Below the pieces are notes generated by a model. That model did no database searches. It saw only the letters and a list, made by a program, of their open reading frames with translations, and was not told the DNA's origin. Below, one piece after another: positions 23,905 through 37,396 of a stretch of 64,000 nucleotides of DNA. The stretch spans positions 1,798,001-1,862,000 of the forward strand of contig JAYWIR010000010.1 in assembly GCA_036172245.1 (NCBI GenBank), given 5' to 3'. The stretch comes from Raillietiella orientalis. Its lineage: Eukaryota. Both the position numbers and the translations under genes were made by a program. Position 1 is the stretch's first letter. Every line of letters starts with the position of its first letter.

Positions 23905-25700
23905 CTAAATAACCATGAATGCAAATTCATCGAATAGCAAAGTTGTCGACTTTGCATATTCCTTCATTAAGATACTAATAAGAAATACATTGCTGTTTGC
24001 TCCCATTACTATCAAAACACATAAACATTTTGTTACAATCAGTTGTGCACAGACGTCATACATAATGCAATTTTTGCAGAAGATGCACACGATAATATTT
24101 TCAAGTTACTCTTTAGGGTGCAACTTGTAATTCATAAAAATATTAAAAAGGTGCAGTAGACAAATCAATATAAAAAACAATCAATAGTCTTAATTAGCAA
24201 TATTGAAAAATTACGAAGTGGTATTACGAAGAAATAGGAGCCGAATTCACGTTTTTTCCAGACGTATATACCCAAACAGTGGTGACGTGCATAGACATAA
24301 CTTAGAAAACGTATTCGAAAGTGTAAGTTATACTTCTCATTTTGGTCAAATGTATAGATGCACGTTGAGGAATTGCATCTAGAAATGTGGCTGCTCACAT
24401 CCCGAAAGGAGTACCCTATATACATTGTATACTCGTTCACTCGAAAAGTTACGGCTGCTTCAGGAACAGAGAGGACCCACTGTGCTGCAGGCTCTTTCTG
24501 TTAAATGACTATTTTTGCTAAATCTTCGCGGTCTTAGTCGAAGGCATTTTTTCTTCTTCGAATAACAATATATTTGTCCTCTTGGATCTTCAGTGTATGA
24601 TTGTGAATAATTTTGTCTAATATTAATGCAACATTTCATACACTGGCATTCAAAGCAATCCTAACGAGCAAGTACCTTCTAATTTGTTTACCTCGACAAC
24701 TTTTTTGCAGGTATTGTGGACTTTTCTATCGAATATAAAGACTGAATGCATACTGTACTTGAAAACCAGCGCATATGGCTGCTTTCCTGAAACGCTCAAA
24801 TGTTTGCCTCACTTCAACTACCTTCATTTTGGTACACAATTCACTACATGTTGATTATTAAACAAAATCATTGCTAGTGCAATCCATCAGCTCTTTATTC
24901 AAGATATCACGCCTAAACTCCATTTACTTCAGTGGATTCTCAGTCATATTTACGGTTTGGTGCAATCCTTCCAAGAATATACTTCTCTAGTCTTATCGAA
25001 ATAATGATTCTGCAAATTTTCAAAACAGTGAACAAGAATTCATTCTCTGAGCTTCTATCCACTTTTTCTCTTAATATTTTTCATTTTCCATTTTGAAACA
25101 ATCCTTTCTATTTTCTGCCCTTCCTATTATTATTTGAATTTTCTACAAACCAATGACATTGCTGCTATTCATGATAAATTGCCTAACAGAATTTGCGAGT
25201 TCTGTTGTGCATGAGTGATTGTAATAGTACATAAGTGTTTGTGTTTTTGAAATTTTTAACTTCGAGTCAATTACAAAACTTCCTACTTCAACAAAGCAAT
25301 TTAATGTACAGCTAAATTGAAGATTTGGTCTTACGTAGGGGTTACCAGTTCCCTTCTATTTTCTGCAATGATTTCTACTACCCCATGACACATATTTCTG
25401 ATATGCAAGAATTCTACTTCTCTTCCTGAATTTTCTAAACAAATGTCATCTGTTGGTTATAATTCGCCAATTACTGATAGTCTTATCTCTTCGTAAGAAG
25501 TACTCCCGTGGTTTATGCTTTTTTGACAATTTGTGTGTACGTAAAATTTAACATCAAGTCATATCTAAGCACTGATTCATTCTAGCAAACAGTGGAAACC
25601 GCTGTTTCTTAAGATTCTGCTGCTAAACAGTACAGATCTAGGAGGCCTAAATATTGAATCTAGCTTGGAAATTTTGTAGTACTTGTATGTGAGAATACAA
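23905..25700 (-). mobile_element. Highly decayed LINE ORF2 fossil (APE endonuclease plus RT; CR1/L2/Jockey-like)
   Basis: Colinear degenerate motifs across stops and frameshifts: IFRPP (cf. YRPP) ... TFR (cf. GFR) ... IYTFDQNEKY (cf. FLDxxKAFD) ... GANSNVFLISILMKEY (cf. GVPQGSxLGPLLF) ... LLFDEF (cf. LFADD). Eye match only. Confidence 0.4.
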
Positions 25701-27289
25701 GGTCAGCATGTTTTGAAAAGAAAACAGTGATTGATATTGTTTTCCTGGGAAATGTTTAAGGGTTTCAGAACACTATCATTCAAGGAGAACCTTGTTCACA
25801 GTGGTAAATTCTGGTTCCACCACAAACTGAATGTTATTAAGCCAGCTGGTTGTCCGTTACCTTGTCTCCCGGTGAAAAATGTCATATTAAGTTAATTCCA
25901 ATACAAGGGGTTGTTTGGTCTGATGACATTGCACGACATAAATGCATCGATGCCTTCGTCTATTTTTGCGAGAACTGTTCCTCAAAATTCCAGTTCACCA
26001 GTAACAGCAATGGCTCGATTGAAAATATCTCATGTGTCCCAAAGATGTACACAAAAAGTCCATTTGAGTGTCGGCTTTTGAAAATCTTGATCCGAAAATT
26101 TACATGAGAGCTCGACTGAGACGATGCTTTCTGTTCTCCACACAAGCATTGAAGATGCAAAAATAATAATTCAGATAACATTCTTTAATTATGGAGACTG
26201 CAATGTACTGATCGTACTGGACTAAAGCGCAAAATAGGAAACGAAAATATCATTTTTGGTTTTAGTTATCGTTAACAAGTGCAATTTTCACATAGAGTTA
26301 CATAGGGTTGAAAGCGGAACGAGTCTGAGGTGCTGTGATTGTTTCTCCAGAAGTTCCGTGGGGCAGTATTTGTGTCTCATTTCTTTGAAGTCACATAGTA
26401 CATCACACCGACTATCTAGGGATACTTTGAATGTATATTTATCCCCTGTAGCTCTCACACTCACACCATGGAACGAATGCACCTCTGTGGATTGGTAAAA
26501 CTAATGAGATTACTTCTTCAAGGCTACTGGAGCTTGCTGTTTGGGAGCTGCGATCTCTATGGGAAACACTTTCTCTCCTGCATGTCAAGCCTGCATCTCC
26601 TGCAGAGTTGACAACCGTGAAAGGATATGTTTGGGATAGTATTTCAAATTACATTTTAAAAATTTATATTTATTCTTTAGTGGTTTATTAAATGAGCCTC
26701 ATTTTATTGAACCAATCAACATATTTACTGCATCCCTTATTTCGGCGCATGACAGAAAGACAGAACAGAAAAAACATTCAGTGTGATCCTTACTTGGCGC
26801 TGACATCCTTGAATAAAGAGACATTTCAGATTCTGATTCCCTAATTCTTTTCAGAGAGAGAACTAATAATCTAAGATGGATTCGGTTCATGGTTCTGCGA
26901 GACAGGCCAAATCCTTTCCTCATTAAGGTCGGCTGAGTCCGTCTCTTGCACGACGGTGATCCGCACAACCTTCACGCTTAGTATGTAATGTTCCATGTGA
27001 ACATGTACACTCAAGCTGCTCTGCACAGAATGAAACAGCCAATTGGAACAGGTGACTGGATTCTTCATCTACCAGGAACAGAATTGCTCTGCTTCAGGAG
27101 GAAATATAGGCGTCTAATTGCTCAACAAACACCCCCAGTTCCAGCTGCCGAAAACGAGGGCAAAACTTGCCTTTTCAGAGAAATAGATCTGTACCTAAAA
27201 AACTCGAGAAATACCCGAGTATTCTAGATCTAGAGTAGGTTCCAGAGAAGTTTTTCAACTGCATCAAGCAAGAGTTCCTTTCCAAGCTA

Positions 27290-28470
27290 TTGGACGGGCT
27301 GTCAGCCAGACTTTTGACCTTCCTGCACCTCCCTACACTTCCTTCCGTGACACAAAGAGCCAATGTAGGCATGTTTAAACAGCCTCCATACTCAGGGTGC
27401 AAAAATGAAATCGAGAATCCAGGGACAGCTGATTCTGTTCAGATGTTTTTCGAATTAAAGTATACCAGAGCGTGCTTTAGCCTGTCTTCTGTGCCCCCAC
27501 ACTTTGTAGTGACGTTTGCCGGCTACCTCCCTTTCCTCCTTCCACAGCAACCGCTTTCGAAGCATTCTTTGAGTCCGTCTCCAGAGATCCAGTATCCAGA
27601 ACAACAGACAGAAGTCCAACGTCGTGCCATTGGACACTGCAGATTGGATTTCCTTGATATTCGCCATAACCGTTAGCGACACATATGTGGTAGCCCATGG
27701 TTACGTTCTAACTGAAAACAGTTTGCCTGCTTGGAGTCCTGTTCTTCACTCCACAAAGTGCGCTACCCCACTTCGAGGAGACCATTGAGGGTATCACGTG
27801 GAAAGAGTGGACACCTTGCACGTTACACCAATACTCGGTCTCCTCGAAGAAGTGAAGACTTTGGAGAGTCAAGAACGGGGCTCCATGAAGGAAAACTGTT
27901 TTCAGTTAGATCGTGGAGAGCGGAGTCAGAACCTGAGGAGCCATCTTCTTTCTCTCGTATGGCACGGTATTCAAAGTAAAGCAGACGTTCATTCGCATCT
28001 ATAACAACGAATCAGTGCTGCCAAATGCTGCTACCGTACTGGTTTGGCTGGAGTTAGGTACACCCGCTGAAAGAACACGGGGCTTACGTGTGCTCAAACA
28101 GTGCACGGGAGAGAGCATGAACTCCGCGATGTTGATTACAGAGAATGCATTTTCGCATTGTATATTTTATATTGTAATGTTCCGTTCACATCATTTGCTA
28201 CATACGCTGCATTTCTTGGTGCGTCACTCTAGAGTGAGTGCGGAAGAGGCGAGCCAGGTGGGCAGGCGTTGTTGGCGTATCAAGAGTTCCTGGAACAGGG
28301 GGAGCTACTCCTGGTTTGCGTGCGCGCACGCTTCCCTCAATCACCAGGGTGATCTGGGAATCATCCCAAGATTGTGATCCCCTCGCTGCCTGCATTCCGT
28401 GGATCACCTTGTCAGCTGGTGGCGGCTTAGATTTGAAGGGTGCCTTTGACTACAGTCGAATAAAAATTTA
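27290..28470 (+). mobile_element. Possible decayed Penelope-like retroelement RT fragment
   Basis: KHSLSPSPEIQY...CRLDFLDI resembles the PLE RT/thumb HLNSxHPxIQFT...LPFLD motif; the rest is broken by stops. Confidence 0.35.
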
Positions 28471-28947
28471 AAAGAAGACCTTTTTTAAAACAGGAAATCC
28501 AAGTTCTGCACCGCAAGCTAAAAAGCTTACGTGAACTGCTCTTCTCGAAGAGCCTGCATACATCATTTTGTCCAGTAGCAGGTGGACTTCTCATTTCATC
28601 ATTGGTGCGTGTTTGAACGAACGAATCACTGCTAGAAAGAATTCCCCAAAGCCTCTCCATTTCCAAAATGGTATGAAATAAGTGACCAAGTATCGTGCAG
28701 ATTCTTCTATTTTCTTCACAGGCACGACAACTCAGCATCACAAGTCTCGTCAAATCACTCTGGTTCTTCTGCATGCATTGCTGTACGTTCTGTTTCCCTC
28801 CATGCATTATTTTTATGTCTGTGATTTTGGTGCACACCAGCTACTGCTTGAAGAGCAGTCTCGTGGATTCCTTTTTCGGAACCTCCTCTCATTCGCAAAA
28901 CACACATACACACACAAATCTCAACCGAGCAGCAAGCCAAGTACTCA

Positions 28948-28980
28948 TCTGGCTCTAGTCCGACGCGGACTAGAGCCAGA
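28948..28980. repeat. Perfect inverted repeat, 15 bp arms, 3 nt loop
   Basis: TCTGGCTCTAGTCCG-ACG-CGGACTAGAGCCAGA read directly. Confidence 0.9.
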
Positions 28981-29049
28981 AACACTCGAACGTGCCTAGC
29001 CATCGCAGAAGGCATTAGTCTGAGTCCTGAGTCCACCAAGAGCTTCTTC

Positions 29050-29930
29050 TAGAGCTTCTAGTGAGCGCGTGGTTTTCCTGACCGTCTTGTGGACCAATCT
29101 GCGCTTGAAGAAAAATGGGTCGCGAGAGCAATGGAATGAAACACCAACTTGAGATCCCTCAAGCAAGTTCTTTTTGCATGATGGTGCTTTTAATACGATT
29201 GATTTCGGTCAAACGACGGATTTCAAGAGATCCTTTCATGGTTCAAGGGGACTCTTCACATCACTAAGGCTTTCTGCTCTTAGCGGTGACTTCCACGATG
29301 CTGCAGAATTTCATTAATACTCGTTCAAGATTTGTAACTTTGCACCTCTTGTTAGCTAAATGCCTTGGCCCGCACTTCGAGCAGAAACTCCCAGAACGCT
29401 GGAAAGTCATCTCACGGGTGAACAGAATGAAATCGCAAGGGCTGCTTCCGTACCGAAATGTTGGCAAATTTGCGTGCGTCTCCTTGCAGACGACTACATC
29501 TCTTCCTCAAATTCGTTGTGATGCATGACACCAAGGAACGCTTCCATCGCCTCCCTCACATTGAATACGGATAGCGGAATTCTGTATTTCCTCAAAGTCT
29601 TTTTGTAGCGATCTCACCAAGAAAGTCAACCTAAGCAAAGTCTGCTTGCAGATACGTTGAGTTTCATCGAAAAGTGGTCGCGACGATTTCATCTGGAGTG
29701 TTCTTGGGAATGCGATAGCTCTCTTGTGTCGAGCTTCATTCCAGCAGCAGATCCACCCACAATTGAGGGCACTCACAGAGCCTCTGATTCTCAGTTTGTG
29801 ATCCTAGGTATACCAACGTGCGAGCTGTTTTTCGAAACATCGAGATGAGTGTAGTCGGAAGCTTGTTTTCCATGCGTTCCCATTGAGAATTAAGCAACAC
29901 TTTATCATCTCCTGAGAGATCCATCACTAA
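29050..29930 (-). mobile_element. Possible second decayed LINE RT fossil
   Basis: Colinear weak motifs: LPTTLISMFRK (cf. YRPISL), SLQKDFEEI (cf. DxxKAFD), YGSSPCDFILF (cf. QGSxLGPLLF), CLRDLKLVF (cf. VRDLGVxF). Confidence 0.3.
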
Positions 29931-31359
29931 TTAGCGACCCCTGTACCAATGGTAAGCAGGCAATCAACAGAGTTTGGTCGAACTGCAATGGAACGAACGG
30001 GCATCTTCCCTCAAAGAAAGTACCAATGAGATATGAACATTTGTGCATTCTGAACCATTAGTAATTAGAAACAAACAAATATTTCCAAACACTGGAAAAA
30101 TGGCTAAAGGAACTTCCAACTGTGACCTCAATATGCTCCTTAAATACCACATAAACTGAAGTGTTGCCCGTAATCGTAGGTTCGTCAATGGCCCACGCAA
30201 GAGAAATCATGCTTCCGTGGTCTCTGTGGCTGCAGGTACGTAAACAAATGCTTTTTGCCAGCAAATGACCGCGATTTCAGATAGCAGTGGCCTTTCTTTC
30301 TGGTGCTGTACAAATGGAAGATGATGAATGGAACATGAGGTCATTGAGTCTTCCTTTCTTCTGAATGGCGATAGTCGAATATCTGTTTAATCTTTCCCTC
30401 CTGGATGTGCAGCTCGCTGAGAAGCAACGAAAGAAATCTCGTACGGTGTCTCGCGAATCCTCCAGTGCAGAAGATTCGGATAGATGCGCGAAAAACTCTG
30501 AAACCCGTCTTTGAAACCGATCCTTCGCGTTGGGTCTTTTTTCCTTTAGCTCACTTGTTTGTTTTTTCTGAAGAATGAAGAGGACGTCTTCGGGTCGGAG
30601 TTTCCTAATGCACGCTCCTTGCGATCCTTCTAATACAACATAAAACGATAGTCAAGGCTCTGTTTGGAGAGACAGTCTCGAAACAGGTACAGAAGCTGCA
30701 GTTCGGTGGATTCCATCTATGCAAGACGAATGAGGGGGGACAGCTTCGTCCATAGTCGAGTCCTGAATTTCCGTTTTCTTTTAGCATCCGAATCGTTCGC
30801 TCGGGAATGAAACAAACATTTTTGTGAACGCAAATGCCCTCTCCCCATTCCAATCCCATCAATGCAGCTCAATTTCCGAATACGCAGGTTACGAAGTCCT
30901 GAGGCAAAGTACTCATGCTTATGTCACCAGAGGATAGCTGCCTTCCGGATGCTTATGAGATTGCAAGCTGGTAACCCAAGTAACCTGCTCTTTGTTAGAG
31001 CAATGTCGATCAGTCCACTGGGAATAGCTCGAGCACCTGAAGAGGATGGCTTAAAGGAACCTGTGTGTTCTCCAAAAGATAGGCTCATCACAAAGAGTCA
31101 TCCATCTGAAGAGCTTCCGGCTTTTGAATTCTAAACTCCCTTCTCCGAGTAATTAATCGATGATCCCTTCCTGATGAAATATGTGCATTCGGGTACTTTG
31201 CTTTTACATTCGCGGTTGCGTTTCCCCGATTTTCCTCTTCCACTCACAGCACACGACGTCCTGCACTCCTAGAGATCTCTTGCTTCTTTATCCCCGAAGG
31301 ATAAGAACCGAACATACGCACGATTGTCCTTCCTTTCTGCCTAAAGGAAATTTTTGTAG

Positions 31360-34300
31360 ATTTCATCCGAAAAGCTTAACATACGACCCTCCCTTCCGTC
31401 AAGGAGAAGTCCTCAACGGAACACAGAACGTGGGTGAAGTCCTCAATGGAACAGTGGGGAAACTGGAAGATGGAGAACTGGAACAGGTGGCTGTGCTGCT
31501 CACTTCATTGATATCCTCTGAGCATATAAAAATTGGAGTGTGATTTTTGTTTCCTCTGCAGTGTGAAATCACTGTTTCTTTTTTCGCAGCCGCCTTTCAA
31601 ACTGTTCGATGGTGACCTCCTTCTGACAAAGGAACAGATACGAACAATTCAAGAGAAATCCTGCTTTGCACCCAATTTGTGGCCAAAATCTTCGGATGGA
31701 TTGGTACACGTCTATTATGCAGTTCAATCCGATGGTACATGTATTGTTATTTCCATTAGTAAGCTATTGTACGAAACACTATGAAAAAATCTGAAAGTGC
31801 ACATCAAGCAATACGCGAATCGGTCACTTTGGTTGAGCCAAAAAATTCGACGAATCATAGCAACACTGTCTTCTACTGTAACTAAATGAAAGGGCAAGGT
31901 CGTTCGTCTCAGATATTGGGGCTAATTTTGTTCAGATCTGTGGTTGCTGCAACATCCTTCCGTGGGTAGCACCAACTCAAAATCTTGCTCCTGAATTCGT
32001 GATTGCTTTTGGTAATGGAAGGGCTGATGTCGGGAACCGTTCGAACGGACTTTGCATTGAAGAACGTGCGCTTCTCTCATTGATGCCACACGATAAGTTT
32101 GGTGAGAGAAGCCATGATGCTACATTACGATGGCAACAGTCGTTAGAATACGTTGGCAAGAGTTGTTTGCTTTTTTGTAATGGTAAAGTTTCGATATAGA
32201 GATGAAGGATTTTTTCCCCAAGGGTGCTAACTCCCGTTTATAAGAGCTTCTATAAACAAATGTATCTGGGGGCGAAGTTCAAAGAAATGGTGGTGTTCTC
32301 AAAATACACCGCGTCCTTCATGAAGTTAGGTTGTGATGCTCTTTCGCCTCTCGCGCCCATGGCTTGTAAATTCCTCGTTGAAATTGGAGGAGCACTTGCG
32401 TTCGTAGAGTACGAGATCTGAAGGACCTCCAAACAGCTCGAGAGTTGCTCAATGATCTAAGAAATAAATCTGGTCGAGGATATCCTTAAGGAGAAATGAA
32501 ATCCACTCATCTTTTTTTTTTCAGTACATTCTGGCATTCGGGAGCTCATTCCTCAAGCTATGAGAAACTACAATGAGAAAACTTGCATACGTCTCGATGA
32601 AGTTTCATTGAATACTCGTGAATACCACCTTCGAGTCCGAAACTCTACTGGCTGTAGCTCCCATGTTGGGCTCATCAAAGGTTACCAGGATGTTGAGGGG
32701 CATCAATTTATCAACCTTGCACCGGCCTGCTATACGGTATATTGTGTTCGATTTTGATACTTTAGGAGAATTCGTGATTCAGTCGGGTGCCATACATGTT
32801 CAAGCATAATGTCATTCTTATTCCCTTTTAAAAACAAATTGTGATCAGAGTGCAATAACTGGCAGGTGTTAAACTGCTGGGATGGAACCATCAACCATCC
32901 TCCATGGAGATAATATTTTTCATTTTTGCAGAGCACGGTAGTGAAAAATGCTGTCTATCCTTCATAAAGTGTCACAATGCAAACTTCGCTCTTGTCTCAT
33001 CCCTGATATATCCCCACCAGCTTCTAAGCTACGAAGTATATCTGTTGCTGGTTCAGTGGACATGCTGACATGAAAAACAGTGCACAGCATACGTCCATTG
33101 ATTACTGCCATGAATGCCTTCTATTTGATACCATCTCCTTCAATTCGAAATGTTTGCTGCCTAGGAAGGAAGAGAATTCACACTCTTTTGTTTGTCAGGT
33201 GGGCACAGTTGTGCACGAGTTTGGACATGCCCTTGGGATGAACCATGAGCAAAGTCGCCCTGACCGGGATGAGTACATATTCGTCAACATAGACAATGTG
33301 GTACCAGAGATGAGGCATAATTACGATTTGAGAAAGTGCAATACTTACGGCGTACCCTACAACTACTACAGCGTTATGCAGTACAGATTCGATGTAAGTA
33401 CTCGGATGCAGTTCTCCATTATCCAGCAGATAATGGAGATCTCCTATCTGCATGATTGAGAGGGTGGTGCTTTCTAAACGCTGTTTCTAACCCATCAGTG
33501 TGAACACCCCGCGAATACCTCTTAGAACACCGCGTGCCCCTTTGGCGTCACCGCTGCATTCTTAAGCAAATTGAGTCCGACGAAATGTTTCCGTGTTCAC
33601 TTGTAACGTAATGAATGCGGCACATCAACACACGTTTTCGTTTGCTTCCTTTCGATGCCTCCCAGAGACATCACTTTCGAGCAAGCATCATCACGGGAAC
33701 AGAAAAGCACTGTTTCCAGATGCCATTCTCTGTCCCGAAAGAGCACCGAGAATAGACGGTCCGTTGGATCTGCTCTATCCTGTATATGATCGTTCGTTTT
33801 TTATCCTCCCGTTTCAATCCCTTCATTTTCGAAAGAAGGCCAAGTCTTTTTTCTGCCTTGAAACCAGACGTAAAGCGATTTTCGACCAGGAGGATCCCGA
33901 CTACCTCAGATTTCCCATGCGAGCCGATGAACCGATTCCAGTCCTCATTCTCCCAATCTGCATCCGATCTTCGAACACTCGTGGTATGGTGGTCGGCCAA
34001 TGGAGATTTGCTTTCTTCTCAGTCGGTGCAAGAAAAGCATTTCCCACAAGATGCAAGAATCTTAACGCTGGTTTGGAAAAGAAGGATTCTTTGATGTTCT
34101 GGCTCGATGATATATCAAAATATAAGGCATCTGCATGCTAAATCTTCCCCAATTGCTTACTTCGCAGCAATTACATATTCTTTGTACACCTAGCGCAAGC
34201 TTCCTCGTTGTCTAGGACACCTATTCGACAAAGGAAAATCAGTGATCTTCGAGTTCTCAGAGGTTTATTAAAGAGAAACTGAATTGATTTTCAGAGCTTT

Positions 34301-35500
34301 AGCGCTGAGGGTGCTGAGACCATGGTGACGAAAGATATCCTTAGGCAGACTATTCTGGGAGAAAACGACAAGGGCCTAAGTCACTATGATGAACTGCTAG
34401 TGAACAGAGCATACGGCTGCATTGGTAAGACAGATGGCTCTTCTGGGAAAGGCACTATTTGTAAGAAAGATGACTGGCTGAAGCGATGCAGGAAATCTAA
34501 AGATCCATGCATGAACGATGGCTACCTCGGACCAGACTGCAGATGTGTTTGCCCGCGTGGAACGGAAGGAACGAACTGTGAAAGGAAAACGGGCGACTAC
34601 TACCGTAAGTGAGGGAGTGTTCCTTGGTTGCGACCCTTCTTTGGTATTCCTCTGCAGTCATTTCTCCTCGGTAGATCGATCAGTTAGACTGCCTAAAAGA
34701 CAAATCTAAACCCGCAACACTGAATTTACCCTTTCCTTCTTCTGGTTGTGTGGAAGAACCTCTGATTCTGATGAATTTCTTCCAGCACCCAATCCGCTGA
34801 ACTGCGGAGGAGAGGTGACAACCGAAACTTTGATAGCCACACCTAAAAGACACGAAAGAGGCGCGTGCATCTGGCTGATAAAAGCACCGAGATGCCACCA
34901 GATCCAGTTCACGATCAAAGAGGCCTCGTTTTATAAGCCAGAAAACTGTAGATACGAATCTATCACCCTTCGTATAGACGACATTTACAAGGGGAAAACG
35001 TGAGCATTTTTATTTGTACTCTCTCTTGTGCACACCTCTTTGGATCCGTTGTTTACTTGTCTTTTTGGGTGCGTTCCGTATGCGAATGCATTTCATCTCT
35101 CCTGCTTCTGTGGCTCAGTTTCACTTTCACAGATCCGCATTTCAATTACCCCATTCTGTCGGCAAAGGATCATCACAATGTGCTTGTTAGTGACATCACT
35201 ATTAGGTTTTCCATTCTTTGCACGAAAGGAAGGGTAAACAACTGCGAAATGCTGCGAAAGTTCCTATCTGGTTCTACTCGCATCATTCATGAATTGGACG
35301 GAAGGAAATGGCATCGCTAACCACATCCTGGCACTATTCATGGAAATTCTATTTCCAGATACTGCAGAAACGGACAATTAAGAGAAGGGCAAGTCTTCCA
35401 CACAACAAAAGGAGAAATGGCGATTCACTGGAACAGTAGGGTCTTGAACGGGATCACAGGATTGCAAGCAGATGTGAAATTCATTAGAGGAAGGTGCTAA
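31360..35500 (+). CDS. Astacin (M12A) zinc metalloprotease with EGF-like and CUB domains (SpAN/BP10-like architecture); signal-peptide exon not located
   Basis: Prodomain FDGDLLL; LWP; EKTCIRL; GCSSHVG; zinc motif HEFGHALGMNHEQSRPDRD (33214 on); Met-turn SVMQY; EGF CMNDGYLGPDCRCVCPRGTEGTNCE; CUB CGGEV...CIWLIKAP...CRYESITLR...YC. Stop TAA at 35498-35500. Confidence 0.93.
33870..34090 (-). mobile_element. Possible RTE-type LINE endonuclease remnant inside an astacin intron
   Basis: FLAPTE (cf. YAPT) followed by NEDWNRFIGSHG (cf. xxVIGKHG) across a frameshift. Confidence 0.3.
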
Positions 35501-37396
35501 ATCCAGCCAACGATCCTTTTCTGCAGTCACACAATGCAGTTAGTGATTGGCATCTTCCAAGTAATCGCAATCTTTGAAAAACTCAGAAAAGACCGATAAT
35601 TACATGTAACCAAGATTGTCTGTTGGCTCCTCTTTCGCTTTCCTAGTGACGCACGTGGACATCCACATATCTGTTTGGAATCCACAGGTTTCATTTTTTG
35701 CTTTGAGAAATAAAAATGTGTGAGTTTCCCTGATACAATGAATCGGAAAAACGATAATTGCTGTGGCATTCGATTTCGAAGCTTGCAGGGGGTGAAATGG
35801 TGAAGGGTCCATGACGAACACATCGTGCTCGGAATTCGGAATTCTTTTGTTTTACCAGGCACTGCTAAGGACCGATTGTGCAGATTTCCAAAAAACCCCA
35901 TTCTTCTTGGGGGCAGGCGGACTCTGTTTAAAAGGCAACCGCGTTCGAAACAGGGAAGTTTTCGTGATGCAAAAGACAATGAATGTACTGACAGTAAATG
36001 GACCACAAGATCAGTCAATATCTCAGAGCTCCTGATGTCCCAGTGCTTAACGCATCCACACTCTGTCGTGGGTGCATTCTTCATCGCTTCTCTTGCATCT
36101 TCTCGTGCTAATTGTTGCGTCTCAATCTCCACCAACGCTGAGTGCATCGTGAGCACTCCAGCTCCCTACTTTGCTCTTCACTGGCTGAGAAACTTGTGTG
36201 GCCCATGGGGTTGCCGTGGGGACTACGTCAATTGTGAACTTGTCGCACTGAGTTGTCCAGAGAGAGGCAAGTGTTCCCTTTCCGCGCTTACCCACGACAC
36301 GCCGCTGCTTGCGGAGAAATCATCTTGGAACCTCCAATTATCCGTAGCAGCGAGCAGCTGCACACGAAATGGAAAAAGACTCTTCTGTTCATCACCTCCG
36401 ACGAGCGAGATTGCGTGATGAGTAAAGGAGAGCTTGCTAACCTTTTTCCGGGGATAGAGAGTCCCTCTTCAGGAATCGCAGCAGGAAGCAATGGTACAGG
36501 TGGATGGGACGGCTGGCATTGCGTCTTTGCATTCTTCTGATATCGCTATGCGTATCACTGCATCATACATCTATCTCGTGAGAAAGAATGTAATTCGGGA
36601 AAACCACGAGGCTTCCAGAGCGTAGTCATGGTGATGGAATCCCCATGCTTTGAATCGCCTGCAAGAATGGATCCCAAACAGCTTCTTCGAAACCTGGAAA
36701 CAGTCTCAAATAGAATGCTCCTAGCGTGCACGAGAAATGAGCTTTCGATTAAAGAAATCGGGAAGGTTTGCTGCGGCGAATTCTCTCTCCTCCTACCGTA
36801 TGCCCATCCTCTTGATAGCGTCTGAACACGCTGTTCGAAGCCCGCGCCACGGCAAGTCCCAGGAGCTCTTTTTTGCTAAATGATCTAAAACTAGGAATAT
36901 CTCAGCATATTCACCGAGAGATACACATGGTCAGCTATGGGTGGAATGCGCTGTGGCTGAAACTTCATCTTTGCTACTTTGGAGAGCAGTGGTTTCACGA
37001 GAGTTGGCTCTCGCTGGACCGCGCAGGGTGCGTGTTGCATTTGGAAGCGAAAAAGGAGCGTCCCATTCCAATGTGTGCCAAAATTGAGTGGATGCAGTCG
37101 GACTCACAGTTTCGAAGTCGACTTTGATCTTTTGTGGTTCTTTTCTGCTTGTTTTCCCTTTATTCAGAGCATTCGAGGGAACGAGGGAAAATGGAAACCA
37201 CGCTGAAAAGTGGCTGAGCATTCTGCACAACTTGGTTGGTGCCGTCGCATGGTGCCAAACTCTATCGGTAATGTGGAATGGGCGACTTGGCAGTCGTGGA
37301 CCATTCAAGAACTGAAAGATCATTCGGAATTCGACACGTATTTATTGTGACTGCTTTGCCAGCATCCGAACGTGCAAGCAAAGCAGGCCTTCCGGG

